64,000 nt of DNA from assembly GCA_964016885.1 (NCBI GenBank), contig OZ024746.1, positions 37,014,001 to 37,078,000 of the forward strand, given 5' to 3'. Position numbers and translations under genes: made by a program. This DNA is from Eledone cirrhosa. Lineage: Eukaryota. Below, piece by piece: positions 26,459 through 38,959 of this stretch (its first letter is position 1; each line of letters begins with the position of its first letter). Below the pieces are notes generated by a model, which saw only the letters and a list, made by a program, of their open reading frames with translations, searched no databases and was not told where the DNA came from.

Positions 26459-27541
26459 TTCCCTTGCTTTTGTCGAGAATCTAATTGTAATACGTGACGT
26501 ATTCTATTCTATAGCGATTAGGTCTTCAAAATGTTTATTATAAACATACAGAATATTTTCGAATATTCTATGTCTATATTCACATATATATCGCTATTTC
26601 AGAGCATTTATTCCAATTTCTAATTTCTGCCGGACCGGCAACCGCTCTTTCAAACCAGTTCCTGTACACAGCTAAGTATTCTATAAGTCTCTAGCTGTGT
26701 CATTCTCGATAAAAGCACTGGATATGTAGTCCTGAAGATTTCTAATAAGAATGAAACGCGTAGATTACTTCCCTTGCTTTTGTCGAGAATCTAATTGTAA
26801 TACGTGACGTATTCTATTCTATAGCGATTAGGTCTTCAAAATGTTTATTATAAACATACAGAATATTTTCGAATATTCTATGTCTATATTCACATATATA
26901 TCGCTATTTCAGAGCATTTATTCCAATTTCTAATTTCTGCCGGACCGGCAACCGCTCTTTCAAACCAGTTCCTGTACACAGCTAAGTATTCTATAAGTCT
27001 CTAGCTGTGTCATTCTCGATAAAAGCACTGGATATGTAGTCCTGAAGATTTCTAATAAGAATGAAACGCGTAGATTACTTCCCTTGCTTTTGTCGAGAAT
27101 CTAATTGTAATACGTGACGTATTCTATTCTATAGCGATTAGGTCTTCAAAATGTTTATTATAAACATACAGAATATTTTCGAATATTCTATGTCTATATT
27201 CACATATATATCGCTATTTCAGAGCATTTATTCCAATTTCTAATTTCTGCCGGACCGGCAACCGCTCTTTCAAACCAGTTCCTGTACACAGCTAAGTATT
27301 CTATAAGTCTCTAGCTGTGTCATTCTCGATAAAAGCACTGGATATGTAGTCCTGAAGATTTCTAATAAGAATGAAACGCGTAGATTACTTCCCTTGCTTT
27401 TGTCGAGAATCTAATTGTAATACGTGACGTATTCTATTCTATAGCGATTAGGTCTTCAAAATGTTTATTATAAACATACAGAATATTTTCGAATATTCTA
27501 TGTCTATATTCACATATATATCGCTATTTCAGAGCATTTAT

Positions 27542-27593
<52 letters not shown>

Positions 27594-28509
27594 TTACATT
27601 CAAAGATGCATCCATCCATTTGTGTGTATGTGTGTGTAAAACATAGCACGTTCAGTAACATCCGTTGTATGATGAGGATTGTATTGAATATTTGGATCCC
27701 TGTGGTTAATAAAGAGGGAATTATTGTTATAATTATAAGGCGATTAATGCATGAAGTAATTTCCACTCAATGTTGAGATCAGATATTTGATTAGATATAT
27801 TCGTGTTGTGTATGAAATTATATAAGACAAATTATTGTAAGAGTCATTGAAATCCGAATGATGAAGGATAGTGTACTTAAGTCATATGAACTATATTGGT
27901 AAGAGGTTGGAATTGTGAAGGGTGGCGTTTCAAAAGGGGGAATTTGTTAATTCAAATTACCGAATCTATTAACAAATTTCCAATTCACAATATTCGTAAT
28001 ATTTACCTTTGAATTCTTACAGTATATTCTTATTGGTTTTCCTCAATGTGATAACATTATCTAATTACTTTTAGTACTTAGACAAAATCCCTTCAACAGC
28101 TATCAACACATAACTATAACGTCTATTGACACGTGGTTGTGGGTCACATATTTGAAACGCTATTTAGGTTAGAGCAAGGGGATGTTTGATGTGCATTCGT
28201 ATGAAAAGCGTCCTTACTATTGAATCGATGCAACTTCAAGCAAATGTGATAATAACATATTAAAATGTTCTCCAAAGTAAAGAGGAACTTATACAAAGAG
28301 TCCTTCAAGTAGTCAGTGCTGAAGAAAGATCTCTTTCACAATAGCACATGTTTGAACAACTGGTACACAAAGTGAATGTACAGGAACGTAAACAATACCC
28401 TGATGCATACACGCGAACAATTAGGAATGTACGTGTATGAAACATTACGATTAGGCTCTATCATTATTATACACTGATTTAATAGGAAGAGTTTCGACAT
28501 TTTGGTTGT

Positions 28510-28562
28510 TACACACAACGCATTTCGGTCAAGATGACCTCCAACCTTCTTCATGTGTCTCC
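28510..28562 (-). mobile_element. Decayed PLE-type hammerhead/terminal repeat
   Basis: Minus strand ACAC-ATGAAGA-AGGTTGGAGGTCATCTTGACC-GAAA-TGCG-TT-GTGT, with core C3 mutated. Confidence 0.45.
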
Positions 28563-30573
28563 TCTAAACAGTAAAGTTCTTGGAATGTTGAACCGAAACG
28601 AAAATTCAAACACGTATGTTGATATTCGGCATAACTGTGTACACGCAGTCAACTTCCTCCTATCGATTATTTGCGATGGTGCTTAAATATCTGCTTCACA
28701 TAGCATACATATTTCTAGATAGACTGAACGTACACCATGTTAACTAAAAGACAGAGACGATACTTATATCGACTATAAAAGTGTCACAGAAAGAAGGAGG
28801 GTGTGAAGCGTAGATCTATTCTATAAGGTTTAATGCTATTTGTTTATGAAAAAGAAAGGATCAAGTATGGTGTTATAGCAAAATACGCTGTATTTTACTA
28901 AATATAACTTCCTCTTCGGAAGATCGTTTCCATATACGATAGGCATATGATAAAGACATATTCGGTTTTATGTCGAAAACACCGTGAGTATGTGCAAGTA
29001 ATGATGCGGCTAATCTTAAAATACCTCTTCCTGTTCGATATTCCAATTAAGATCTTCTCTTACAATATCCTACCATGGTTGATGAAGAATACTGTTTATG
29101 ATAGGTATTATTACATGTAAGATTTGATCCACTATTATTAAGCTCATAATTGTTTAACCCTTGTTCAGAAAGTTGCTAACTTTAACAATCCTATTATTTT
29201 CTTTTCTTCATATAAAGGTTTTACTTCTACAATCTCTAACGCATATTTCCGTTTCTTAAATCAAAATGAAAGTTTAAGTGATTTGCCTATTGCTAACCTG
29301 TTTCATCTCCTAAATGTATGTAAGATAACATGGTGCATTTGTATCAAAGGATATTGTGCTCTTGGTAGATTGAATTTTTTATTTGTGTTCGTTCATAATC
29401 TGCATGCCGCTTATCAAGATATAATTTATTCATATGATGGGTTCTACTCAAATCTACTATTCATACGCTTCTCACGCGAAATGATAACTCGCAGTAATTT
29501 GATTTAGCTGCAGAAAAGAACATAGACATTTTGAACTTCATTTTACACTACACAATAAAAATGTTGAACGCATAGCAAATTCCTACTTGAGGCATTAGTG
29601 TTACCTTTTCTGTCTCAGATACAATGTTGTATTTCATACCAAAAAGTTGCCTGTAACAACAACAACATCAGCAATATCAGCAACAACAACAGCAACAGCA
29701 GCTAGAAAGAGCAACAACAGCAACTGAACAGCGTTCCAGGCTCCCTCATTTGTACTCGTTTTCAGACGATAGTTATCCCTATGGCTTCCTAAGGATATTA
29801 TCCGGCAGCCTCTGTACTCGTTGTTGTTATAGTCGATGCGAAGAGTGCGACAAACATTTTTGATAGTCAGCAATTCAAGATAAAGCAGGCGGTAACAACA
29901 GAAATCACAACCGTACCAGCAGCACAACTAGTGGACTTTGAAAGAAAACCTGCATTATGACTACTTTCTCGATTGGGAATCAGTGAATTAGTGTTTGAAT
30001 GCGACAACAGCAACAAACTGACACAACATCACCGGCAGCATCAACAGCGGCAACGACGACGACGGCAACATCAGTGTATACATGCCTGAGAGATGGGCTT
30101 TTTTAATGACGCCATTTTTCTTGGAGGCGTATTTGCTAAGTGCAAAGTAAAAATTGCAATTTCGCCCAGGAAGGCTAAATAACAATTAATTTCGACCACT
30201 TCAAGAGAAGCGGGGTGTGTTTCGAAACAAAACTGTAATATTTAAAAAATACGTTCGCAATTGAACTGTAAAAAATCGCAAAATTACGGGAACAAATATT
30301 CCACAATAATAATCCAGCTGTCAGGTACGAGTCTCTCTTTCCTTTTCGTCCATTTCCTTTTCTTGTTCCTTTTCCTTTTCCTGTTCCTTTTTCGTTTCGT
30401 TATCGCCAGACAGTAAATGTCAGGCGAAAATCATTTCGTTCTCTTCGTCATCAAGCAGCGGTCGAGAAGTGGATTACATTGATGCATTTAACAACAATAG
30501 AGGTAGCAAGGGCGACAGTGGTATTGACAATAACACCTGTGGTGAGAGAGCACAGACCAGAATACGGAACCTA

Positions 30574-31229
30574 CTCGTGTGGCGGCATTTGTGGACGGCC
30601 GGTGTGCTCGGTCGGATGACTGAAGGATATCTGTCAAATTCGGATCTGTAAACACCCAGAGATGCGACGTGGGAGTCACGTCGTTTCTTTTTTTTTTTTC
30701 GAGTACCGGAGCTGTAAGACCCGTCCTACACCTCCGGAAGCTACTTCTCATGGCGTGTGATGTCGAATCGAATCCTGGCCTATCCTGCGCGGGATGTTCC
30801 AAGACGATCCGACAAGACTTCGTGCCCATTTCCTGCTGGACATGGCGACGTATCTTCGATAGGATCTGCACCGGCTTGACTCGATTACAGAAAAAGAGAC
30901 CTCAAGGCTTCGTGTGTGGCTTCTGTCGGGGGAATAATGTCGTGCCTACCATCAGTCCTGCAGTGATCTCCATTCGCCGATGTCAAATCTGCCATATAAA
31001 AATTCGTTCAGGCAACACCCCCGTCTTTTCCTCTACATGTCCTCTGCGGTGAAGAGGAGGAGTTGTATGGCTACGATGCCCTGCATTGGCGATTGAGAGA
31101 TAACATCACCAACTCGACACATCCTTAGAGGAATTAGTCCGTCTGCCAGTCGCATCTCTATCGCTTCTGAGGAGGATCCTCGGGTGCCTGAGGTGAATCA
31201 AAATAAATAAATAAATAAATAAATAAAAG
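30574..31229 (+). mobile_element. Internally deleted Ingi-like LINE (5' UTR, 2A-like peptide and PHD-like finger fused to the C-terminal end, with (AAAT)n tail)
   Basis: LLLMACDVESNPG-L, then CAGCSKTIR..ISC..ICTGL..FVCGFC; then CP.CGEEEE..WLRCPAL..LLRRILGCLR* and (AAAT)n at ~31200-31228. Confidence 0.75.
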
Positions 31230-31494
31230 AACAACATTAACCTGAAAAAATAAATTCCTTATATCCCTGTGATGACTTCATATCTAGAAGAGCACTTTTT
31301 CATATACGTGTCTCGATAACTGAGGGGCTAAATAATTGAGAATGAAATATAGGAAACGAATATCATGGCTAATGATACCCGGTGAAAAATAAATCTGATC
31401 CAATGTAATATAACATATATTTGTAGATTTCTAAGAATTGTTGAAACTTTATTTCTTTCTTATCAAGAATAATATTCCTAAATATGTTATTGAG

Positions 31495-31800
<306 letters not shown>

Positions 31801-31901
31801 TATATATATATATATATTTATCTAGGGCGGGTAAGATTCCCGAGATCCATGGATGAGTTCTCTCCAGCTGTCTATGTCCCTTATTACCGACATCCAGAGA
31901 T

Positions 31902-31949
<48 letters not shown>

Positions 31950-31957
<8 letters not shown>

Positions 31958-32810
31958 TAACAGATTAACATTTAAGCAGAGAATCGCTCCTTTCACGCTT
32001 AACGGGATCTTCTGAAACAACAAAAGTCAATCTGTGAACGCAGAAGTCATTATTTCAAAAATCGTTGCAACCGAAGGAAGACAGAAAGGCGATACTTTGG
32101 TTCGTGGAAATATTCCCACGTGAAGAGGTAAAATATCCGCGTATAGTTTGCACTATCCGTTAAGTTATAATGTGGGACTGTAATGCAGGAAAGTTTTGTG
32201 CAATTTATGTTTACAAGCCGAAATTGCCTCACATTTTTTTGTTTAAGATGTGGTCTTTGGCGTAGAGTATTTACAGGGCCTCAGCGGCGCAGAGGTCACA
32301 TGGTCTTTTATTTCCGTTATACGATCTAGCCTCAGCTAGGATCTCCCAGAGTAACTTATATCGGGTGTGGTTGTCTTTTAGACTCCAGATATAAGCTGAA
32401 AGTGACGTCATCTTCCTTCTTAAAGGGTTACGAAAAGAATGGGTATGCATGTAATGACGCTGCCTGAATCTATTGGGGGTTAACCCATGAAGGCCCTACG
32501 CGACGTGGGTGTTTCAACCTTACATTTGTACACAATGTTACTAGATAGCCATTTTCCGGATAGGGGGCAGTCAACGCGATTCCTACAATTACAGTTAGTA
32601 CAGGTTACAGGTTTGCATTTGTTCCTACGGCTAGTTAATTAAGCTAAATTTGAAGCTGTGATGTTATGTGCAACGTTAAGCGATTCTTTGATTAAACTTT
32701 AAGGTGTTATTTTAATAAATATTTGCTCTACGGTTCTTATATATCTTATATATATTTATCCTTATCGAGCCCTCTTTGGATTGTAGTCTTCATATTTATT
32801 ATTATTAATA
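31950..32810 (-). mobile_element. Naiad-type PLE, 5'-truncated GIY-YIG region plus 3' UTR, with an inverted 3' tail (32660-32810), between (TA)n
   Basis: Minus strand reads NCNCRNRVDCPLSGKWLSSNIVYKCKV..GLTPNRFRQRHYMHTHSF..TSLSAYIWSLK..CDLCAAEAL..CKHK. The tail is shared with 48145-49381 and 62620-62740. Confidence 0.88.
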
Positions 32811-32834
32811 TATATATATATATATATATATATA

Positions 32835-33151
<317 letters not shown>

Positions 33152-33585
33152 CAGGGTGATAACGATATTTTGAGAATCTTTGTATAGTAAAGAATAGCTA
33201 AACATCTGAAGTAGTTTAATCGGTGTACATTACAACAACACTTCAACGTTTAAGTCGTGAATCTCTATGTATTACTGAATATTGATGAGAAATATATGTA
33301 ATCAGGAATGAGAATGTTTTAAAATTATTTAAGCACACATATAAGTATGTATGCTGGGCTATATGTTTGTGTAAATACACAAATGCCACTCATCTCTTTA
33401 TAATCAACTCGTAATATTAAATGATGATCCAATAAGTGTATATGAATTTATGAATGTCTCTCTCTCTATCTGCAATACTTTGCTAATATCAGCTAAACAA
33501 CAAAAAGAGACATCTGGCAAGTCTGCATGTATATATTTCAAACAAATGGAAGTATATACATACACACACATACACACCAATTCCG

Positions 33586-33780
33586 TAATAATAATAATTG
33601 TTTCTACTTGTTGGCACAAGTCCAGCAATTAACCAGTACATTACTGGTATTTTATTTTATCGACCCCGTACGGATGAAAGGGAAAGTCAACCTCAGCGGG
33701 ATTTGAACTCAGATCGTTAAGAGACGTAACTATGCTGGAAAGCATGGCATCCGACCCTCTACCGATACTGCCAATCCACC
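33586..33780 (-). mobile_element. tRNA-derived Meta-like SINE
   Basis: Reverse complement of the family, with an (ATT)n tail. Confidence 0.85.
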
Positions 33781-34147
33781 AATAAATTGTGAAAATAGAA
33801 TAAGAGAAACACAACAGACATGTGTGTTGTTTATCGGCTGCATAACACGACCGAAAAAGAAAATCTAGCTGATTTACTTCGATATTCCGACACCGGCTTC
33901 TATGTGTAAGAAGCAACTGGGATATTTAAGAAATTAAGCATAGTCTTTGCGAAGGGCATTCACAATCGAAGTAAAAAAAAACGTGAGCGTTAAACGTGAT
34001 AATTTCGAAGGTAAAAAATATCATGTGATAGTTGGGAATCACGAAGGGTAGGAAGAAGTGGATGATTAGCGAGTAACAGGACTACTAGAAAAGGTATTCC
34101 GTTCCACCCTAAGTGTTAATATGTGTGTATGTATATATATATAAGGA

Positions 34148-34314
34148 ACAAAGATGAAATCGAAAATTCAACTGGAGTCTTTTTCTTTTTAAATATATTT
34201 ATTTGGTTCCCTTACCGTTTTCGCATTTCTTGTGCTTTTCAAAAGTAGAATTGAGATGGAGGGTTTGTGGTTTTTCTCAAAAAGCAGAAACTTTCCATCT
34301 CAATTCTACTTTTG
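34148..34314. mobile_element. Fold-back element with U3-A8 hammerhead (family of 40008-40287)
   Basis: Minus strand CTT-TTGAAAA-GCACAAGAAATGC-GAAA-ACGG-TA-AGG, followed by a short inverted arm. Confidence 0.65.
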
Positions 34315-34556
34315 TAGTAGTTAGCCCTGGACAGTAAGCTCCAAGTAAGGTTGTATGTTATGTTATTATCTTGGAGGTCCCAGATGTTGCTCGAGAGTGT
34401 AGTGGCATGTCACTGGGCCGGGTTTCGGAACGTATGTCGGTGTTGGTATAGCCGGGTCTTAAATTCACAAGCGGTTACTCCTATATAGGCTATATCGGCT
34501 ATTTATTACCATGCTAAACATTCTAGTTTAGTCCAGAAATAGCCGTCGAAACGGCT
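34315..34556 (-). mobile_element. Naiad GIY-YIG fragment joined to an inverted HHR stem II segment (34495-34556)
   Basis: Minus strand reads AYIGVTACEFKTRLYQHRHTFRNPAQ*HATTLSSNIWDLQDNNI. Confidence 0.8.
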
Positions 34557-34806
34557 ATATATATGTGTATGTACGTGTGTGTGTGATTGTGTGTGTGTGT
34601 GTGTATGTATGTATATATATATTGGGTTTGCACAGTTAATATTTGAACGTCTTATGTATTCCCGTATGTAGTCGGTAAAAAAAGCATGGCAAGTTGTGAA
34701 ATAAATGAAATTGTAAATTTATTTAAGAACAGTGTTAACTTTATATATGAAAATTATAGTGGTTAACCTGCCTAGCTGATCATCATTAATTTCTGTAATT
34801 TCTGTC

Positions 34807-34996
34807 GGGCGTGGATTGGCAGTATAAGTAGAGGGTCGGACGCCATGCTTTGACGGATAGTTACGTCCCTTGCCATTCTGAGTTCAAATCCCACCGAGGT
34901 TAACTTTGCATTTCATCCTTACCGGTCGATAAAATAAAGTTCCACTAATACAATGGGTAATTGCTGGCCTTGTGCCAAAAGTAGAAACAATTAATT
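34807..34996 (+). mobile_element. tRNA-derived Meta-like SINE
   Basis: Family motifs present. Confidence 0.85.
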
Positions 34997-35500
34997 ACTG
35001 TAAAGAGATTAGGATGAATATTTTCCAAAAAATACTATTTATAAATTAGAATAAGAATATAAATAATTTAGTATAACGTAACATTGTATAGTTAGAGAAG
35101 GAACTAAATCATATTAAATGGTATTACAATGGCATTCAGAGATAATAGAATATCTTCTAATTAAAGAAAATATACGTATTCGTAAAACTAAATCTCATTA
35201 AAATCTGATGTAACAAAACAACTGAGTATGATAATGAATGTTTCAGTGAGTCGAATTACAACACAACAAAATAAGTGTACTAATAGGGAGCTAATACGCA
35301 GAACTCGGACAAACTAATTATTTAGTATAAAAAGTAAATATTCGAGATGATAAATAAAAATGAAAGTAGATATAGAAAGTCGTAATTGTAAATAGCTTCT
35401 ACAGGTAGACATCAATATTCTAATATGTAGTTAACTCATTGAAATATATTGATAATATAGGTATAATATTAAATGCATATTTAGGGACAATTAATGCATT

Positions 35501-35690
35501 GCGGTGGATTGGCAGTATCGGTAGAGGGTCGGACGCCATGCTTTGACGCATAGAGTTACGGCCCTTATCATTCTGAGTTTTAAATCCCGCCGAGGTTAAC
35601 TTTGCCTTTCATCCTTACGGGGTAATAAAATAAAATACCAGTTATGTACTGGGTAATTGCTGGACTTGTGCCAAAAGTAGAAACAATTAA
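35501..35690 (+). mobile_element. tRNA-derived Meta-like SINE with 12-bp TSD AATTAATGCATT
   Basis: TSD at 35489-35500 and 35689-35700. Confidence 0.88.
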
Positions 35691-36448
35691 TTAATGCATT
35701 ACTAAAAATATATAAAAATACTTCTACATAAGTGAACTCACATGCATATGATCTCGTAGGACATAAATCATGATTCCAATATGCTTGGAATTTAGAAGAA
35801 TGTGTATACTTTTTATAACATACAGTATTACCATATTACATTTTTGCTGGGAAATGTCAGGTAAGTACTTCAGGAAGTGAGCATAAACATAATATATTTT
35901 CAAAGAAGAAGAAGAAGAAGAAATTCACCAAAGTTCAAGTTCTGATTGAATGGCAGAAAATTAAGTGAACCAGTACTGATGAACGTGACACTCTTCCAAG
36001 AATTCTTAATTCTAAGCAAAACCTGAAGGTAATTGGTAACATTTGCATTGCCCTTAACATAATTGCATCTAATGATGTTGATATTACAGAACTCAACCTC
36101 TTTTATTGTGCTCCTGTTAAAATTTCAATGTACCTATCTAATGAACAAAATAAAGAAAAAACGTTAAAAGAGCGGATAAATCTTACTTAGCAAGAGCGAG
36201 TTCAACGAATTAACTTTCTTGAAAATGTTTAAAAGTCTTTATTTCTGAGAAGAATATTAAACCATCTGAGATAGAAACATTAAAAGGAACGTAAAGTATA
36301 AAACTGATACCTAAAATTTATGAAATTATAGAAACTATCAAGCAAAAAGTATCTGCGAAAGCTGGCTGTTGAGCATTGTATGAAAATCAACACTAGAAGG
36401 GGTTTGAGAAAGGGAAGTGATGACTGACACACACACACAAACAATTAA

Positions 36449-36520
<72 letters not shown>

Positions 36521-37951
36521 CGTTTCTGAATTTGTTTAACAGGATTATTTATCTGAAATCGTGTGTTGAAACATATATTGTTATAGTTTGGGAGGGTCAT
36601 GTTGCCAATGCTTTCACTTCAATTTATTATATATTTATAAATTTACAAATTTACAAATTTATAATTTATAAACTTCTGGTTGGTTGGTTGGTACCACAAC
36701 CAGATAGTTGTTTATATATAGTCATAGTCCTTTCGTCACACACTATATGACCTCTTCAGTGACTGGGGATTCCTTTCTTTGTTTCTGTGCCTTTCCTTTC
36801 TTCTGTCCTACGCCATTTTGTTTCTGTGTGTGTGTTGTGTGCTCAGTTTGCGCATGCGCCACATCCGGGTCTCTGTGTGTGTTTATGTTCATTTATCTAT
36901 TTGTTTATTTATTTATTTATTTACATGTTATTGGTTGGTTGTTTGTTCTATGTGTGTGTGTGTGTTTTCATTTTGTCCTTAATTGTAAGTTGTGATGTTG
37001 CTGTTCCACTCATATTTTCTATTTAATTTTGGTTGTAATTCTTTTATGTTTATTGCATCTGTAATTTGTCTAAACATTGCATCTTTTCTGTGTGTAGATT
37101 CTATTTGTATTTCTATGTTCTCTAATTTACCCTTGTGTTCTATCGATGAACATTACACTCTGGTATTTATTGCTCGCCACACAGATGTAACTAGTAATAC
37201 TCGTGTTGGTACTTGGTTGTTTCAGCACCTCAGCCTCACCATCACCCCGGGTAACGGTGGCTGGCCTGCCTAAAAAATAATTAGAGAGGTTTCCCAGTGG
37301 TCCTCGTTATATTTCTATCTTTTGCTCTGTTTGCGGCTCATTTTCCCACCCTATCACCTGCATTTTGTTCTGTGGCCTAAGATGTGTGTATTACCTACTT
37401 GTGTATTATTTCTCTCTCTTTTTTCCTTTCTCTTTCCTTTGTATATATTATATTTGTTAGTGTTTTCGTTCTGTAACCATTATATTAAATGAGTTTAAAA
37501 AAGAGTTAATACATAAATAAAACGTTATACATGTTTTACCCTCTCATTTCCAATTTCATCGAACGCTCTCATGACTATGTCTGTGTTTGTGTACATGTAT
37601 GTGTGAATGTATGTGTGTTTGTGTAAATGTATGTGTGAATGTATGTGTATTTGTGTGAATTGTGTACGTGTATTTTTATAAGTTTGTGTTTGCGCGATTA
37701 TAGTTATATACTCATAATAGTTATATACTCATACATATAGATGTATATATGTGCACACTCATACGCGTCATCGTGTAGATAATCATAATATCTCTATCTC
37801 TCTAATCAGACACTCTCTCTTTCTATATATATGGTAGTTGAAGTGATGGTGGTGGCGACGATATATCGGAAGTGCAACTTTGGAAAGAAGTCAATTTTAA
37901 ATTATTTATGTTTACGAAATTCAGTACATAAATTATGTAATATCCATTCAT

Positions 37952-38138
37952 TTGATTGACAGTATCGGTAGAGAGTCGGACACCATGCTTTGAAGCATAG
38001 AGTTACGTCCCTTTATGATCTGCGTTCAAATCCCGCCGAGATTAACTTTACCTTTCATCCTTACGGGGTCGATAAAATAAAGTACCAGTAATGTACTGTG
38101 TATTTGCTGGCCTTGTGCCTAAAACAGAAACAATTATT
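37952..38138 (+). mobile_element. tRNA-derived Meta-like SINE
   Basis: Family motifs present. Confidence 0.85.
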
Positions 38139-38412
38139 TATTCAAAGTAATCCAACTTATTTTACTAACTGTATTAAAAAAAACAAAAAAACTGTACGCA
38201 GTCCCGCAGACCTTCCTTTATTATTGTTTAGATATACAACAACAGCATTATATAAATGTTAATACTATTAGAAATTAAATGCACCACGAATTTCTAGAAA
38301 ACAAACTGCCAATGTTTAATGATTCAATTATTCTAATTGATATATATTTTTCGTGTCTATCTTAAAGAATCATTCTTGTGTAATAAAACACATTATTATC
38401 TCATTAGTATAT

Positions 38413-38600
38413 GAGCCGTGAATTGGCAGTCTCGGTAGAGGGTTGGACGCCATGCTTTCTAGCATAGTTACGTCCCTTTACAGTCTGAGTTCAAATCCCA
38501 CCGAGGTTAACTTTGCCTTTCATCCTTACGGGGTCGATGAAATAAAGTACCAGTAATGTACTGGTGATTTGCTGGCCTTGTGCCTAAAGAAGAAACAATT
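38413..38600 (+). mobile_element. tRNA-derived Meta-like SINE with 16-bp TSD ATTATCTCATTAGTAT
   Basis: TSD at 38395-38410 and 38598-38613. Confidence 0.9.
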
Positions 38601-38900
38601 ATCTCATTAGTATCTCACGTGTATGTCAGATGTAGACATAGGATTTGAACAAAACACATTGCGTCATCACTAACCCCGTGTATACTATTTCAAACCGACC
38701 AATGAATGGTTAGTAATAAGCTATCAGGTTATATTGCCGCTATCATATAATAGTTGTAGATGGATAGAAACCATACAAATTAGAAACTGTTATACTTCAC
38801 GTTCTCATACGGCTCCTAGAATTGTTGTGTCATCTTAAAATAGCTACAGCGAAACCTAATACACTCACACACACACATAAGCACACATAAACACACACCG

Positions 38901-38959
<59 letters not shown>

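Larger units (their letters stand above)
24728..27547. mobile_element. Non-LTR retrozyme-like array (family A): 310-bp units, ~4.9 copies (24728-26259) plus ~4.2 inverted copies (26257-27547), between (TA)n tracts
   Basis: AGAATATTCG recurs at 24741, 25051, 25361, 25671 and 25981. Inverted TGTCTATATT recurs at 26261, 26571, 26881, 27191 and 27501. Only one variant base seen (25595). One HHR per full unit and no meaningful ORF. Confidence 0.9.

Noticed and set aside
24728-27547. CRISPR array or plain satellite DNA
   Set aside because: There are no variable spacers. The intact HHR per unit and TA-flanked inversion fit a retrozyme better than a satellite.
34395-34430. In-frame TGA in the Naiad endonuclease fragment as selenocysteine
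   Set aside because: It is not at a conserved Cys position; CGA-to-TGA decay is simpler.
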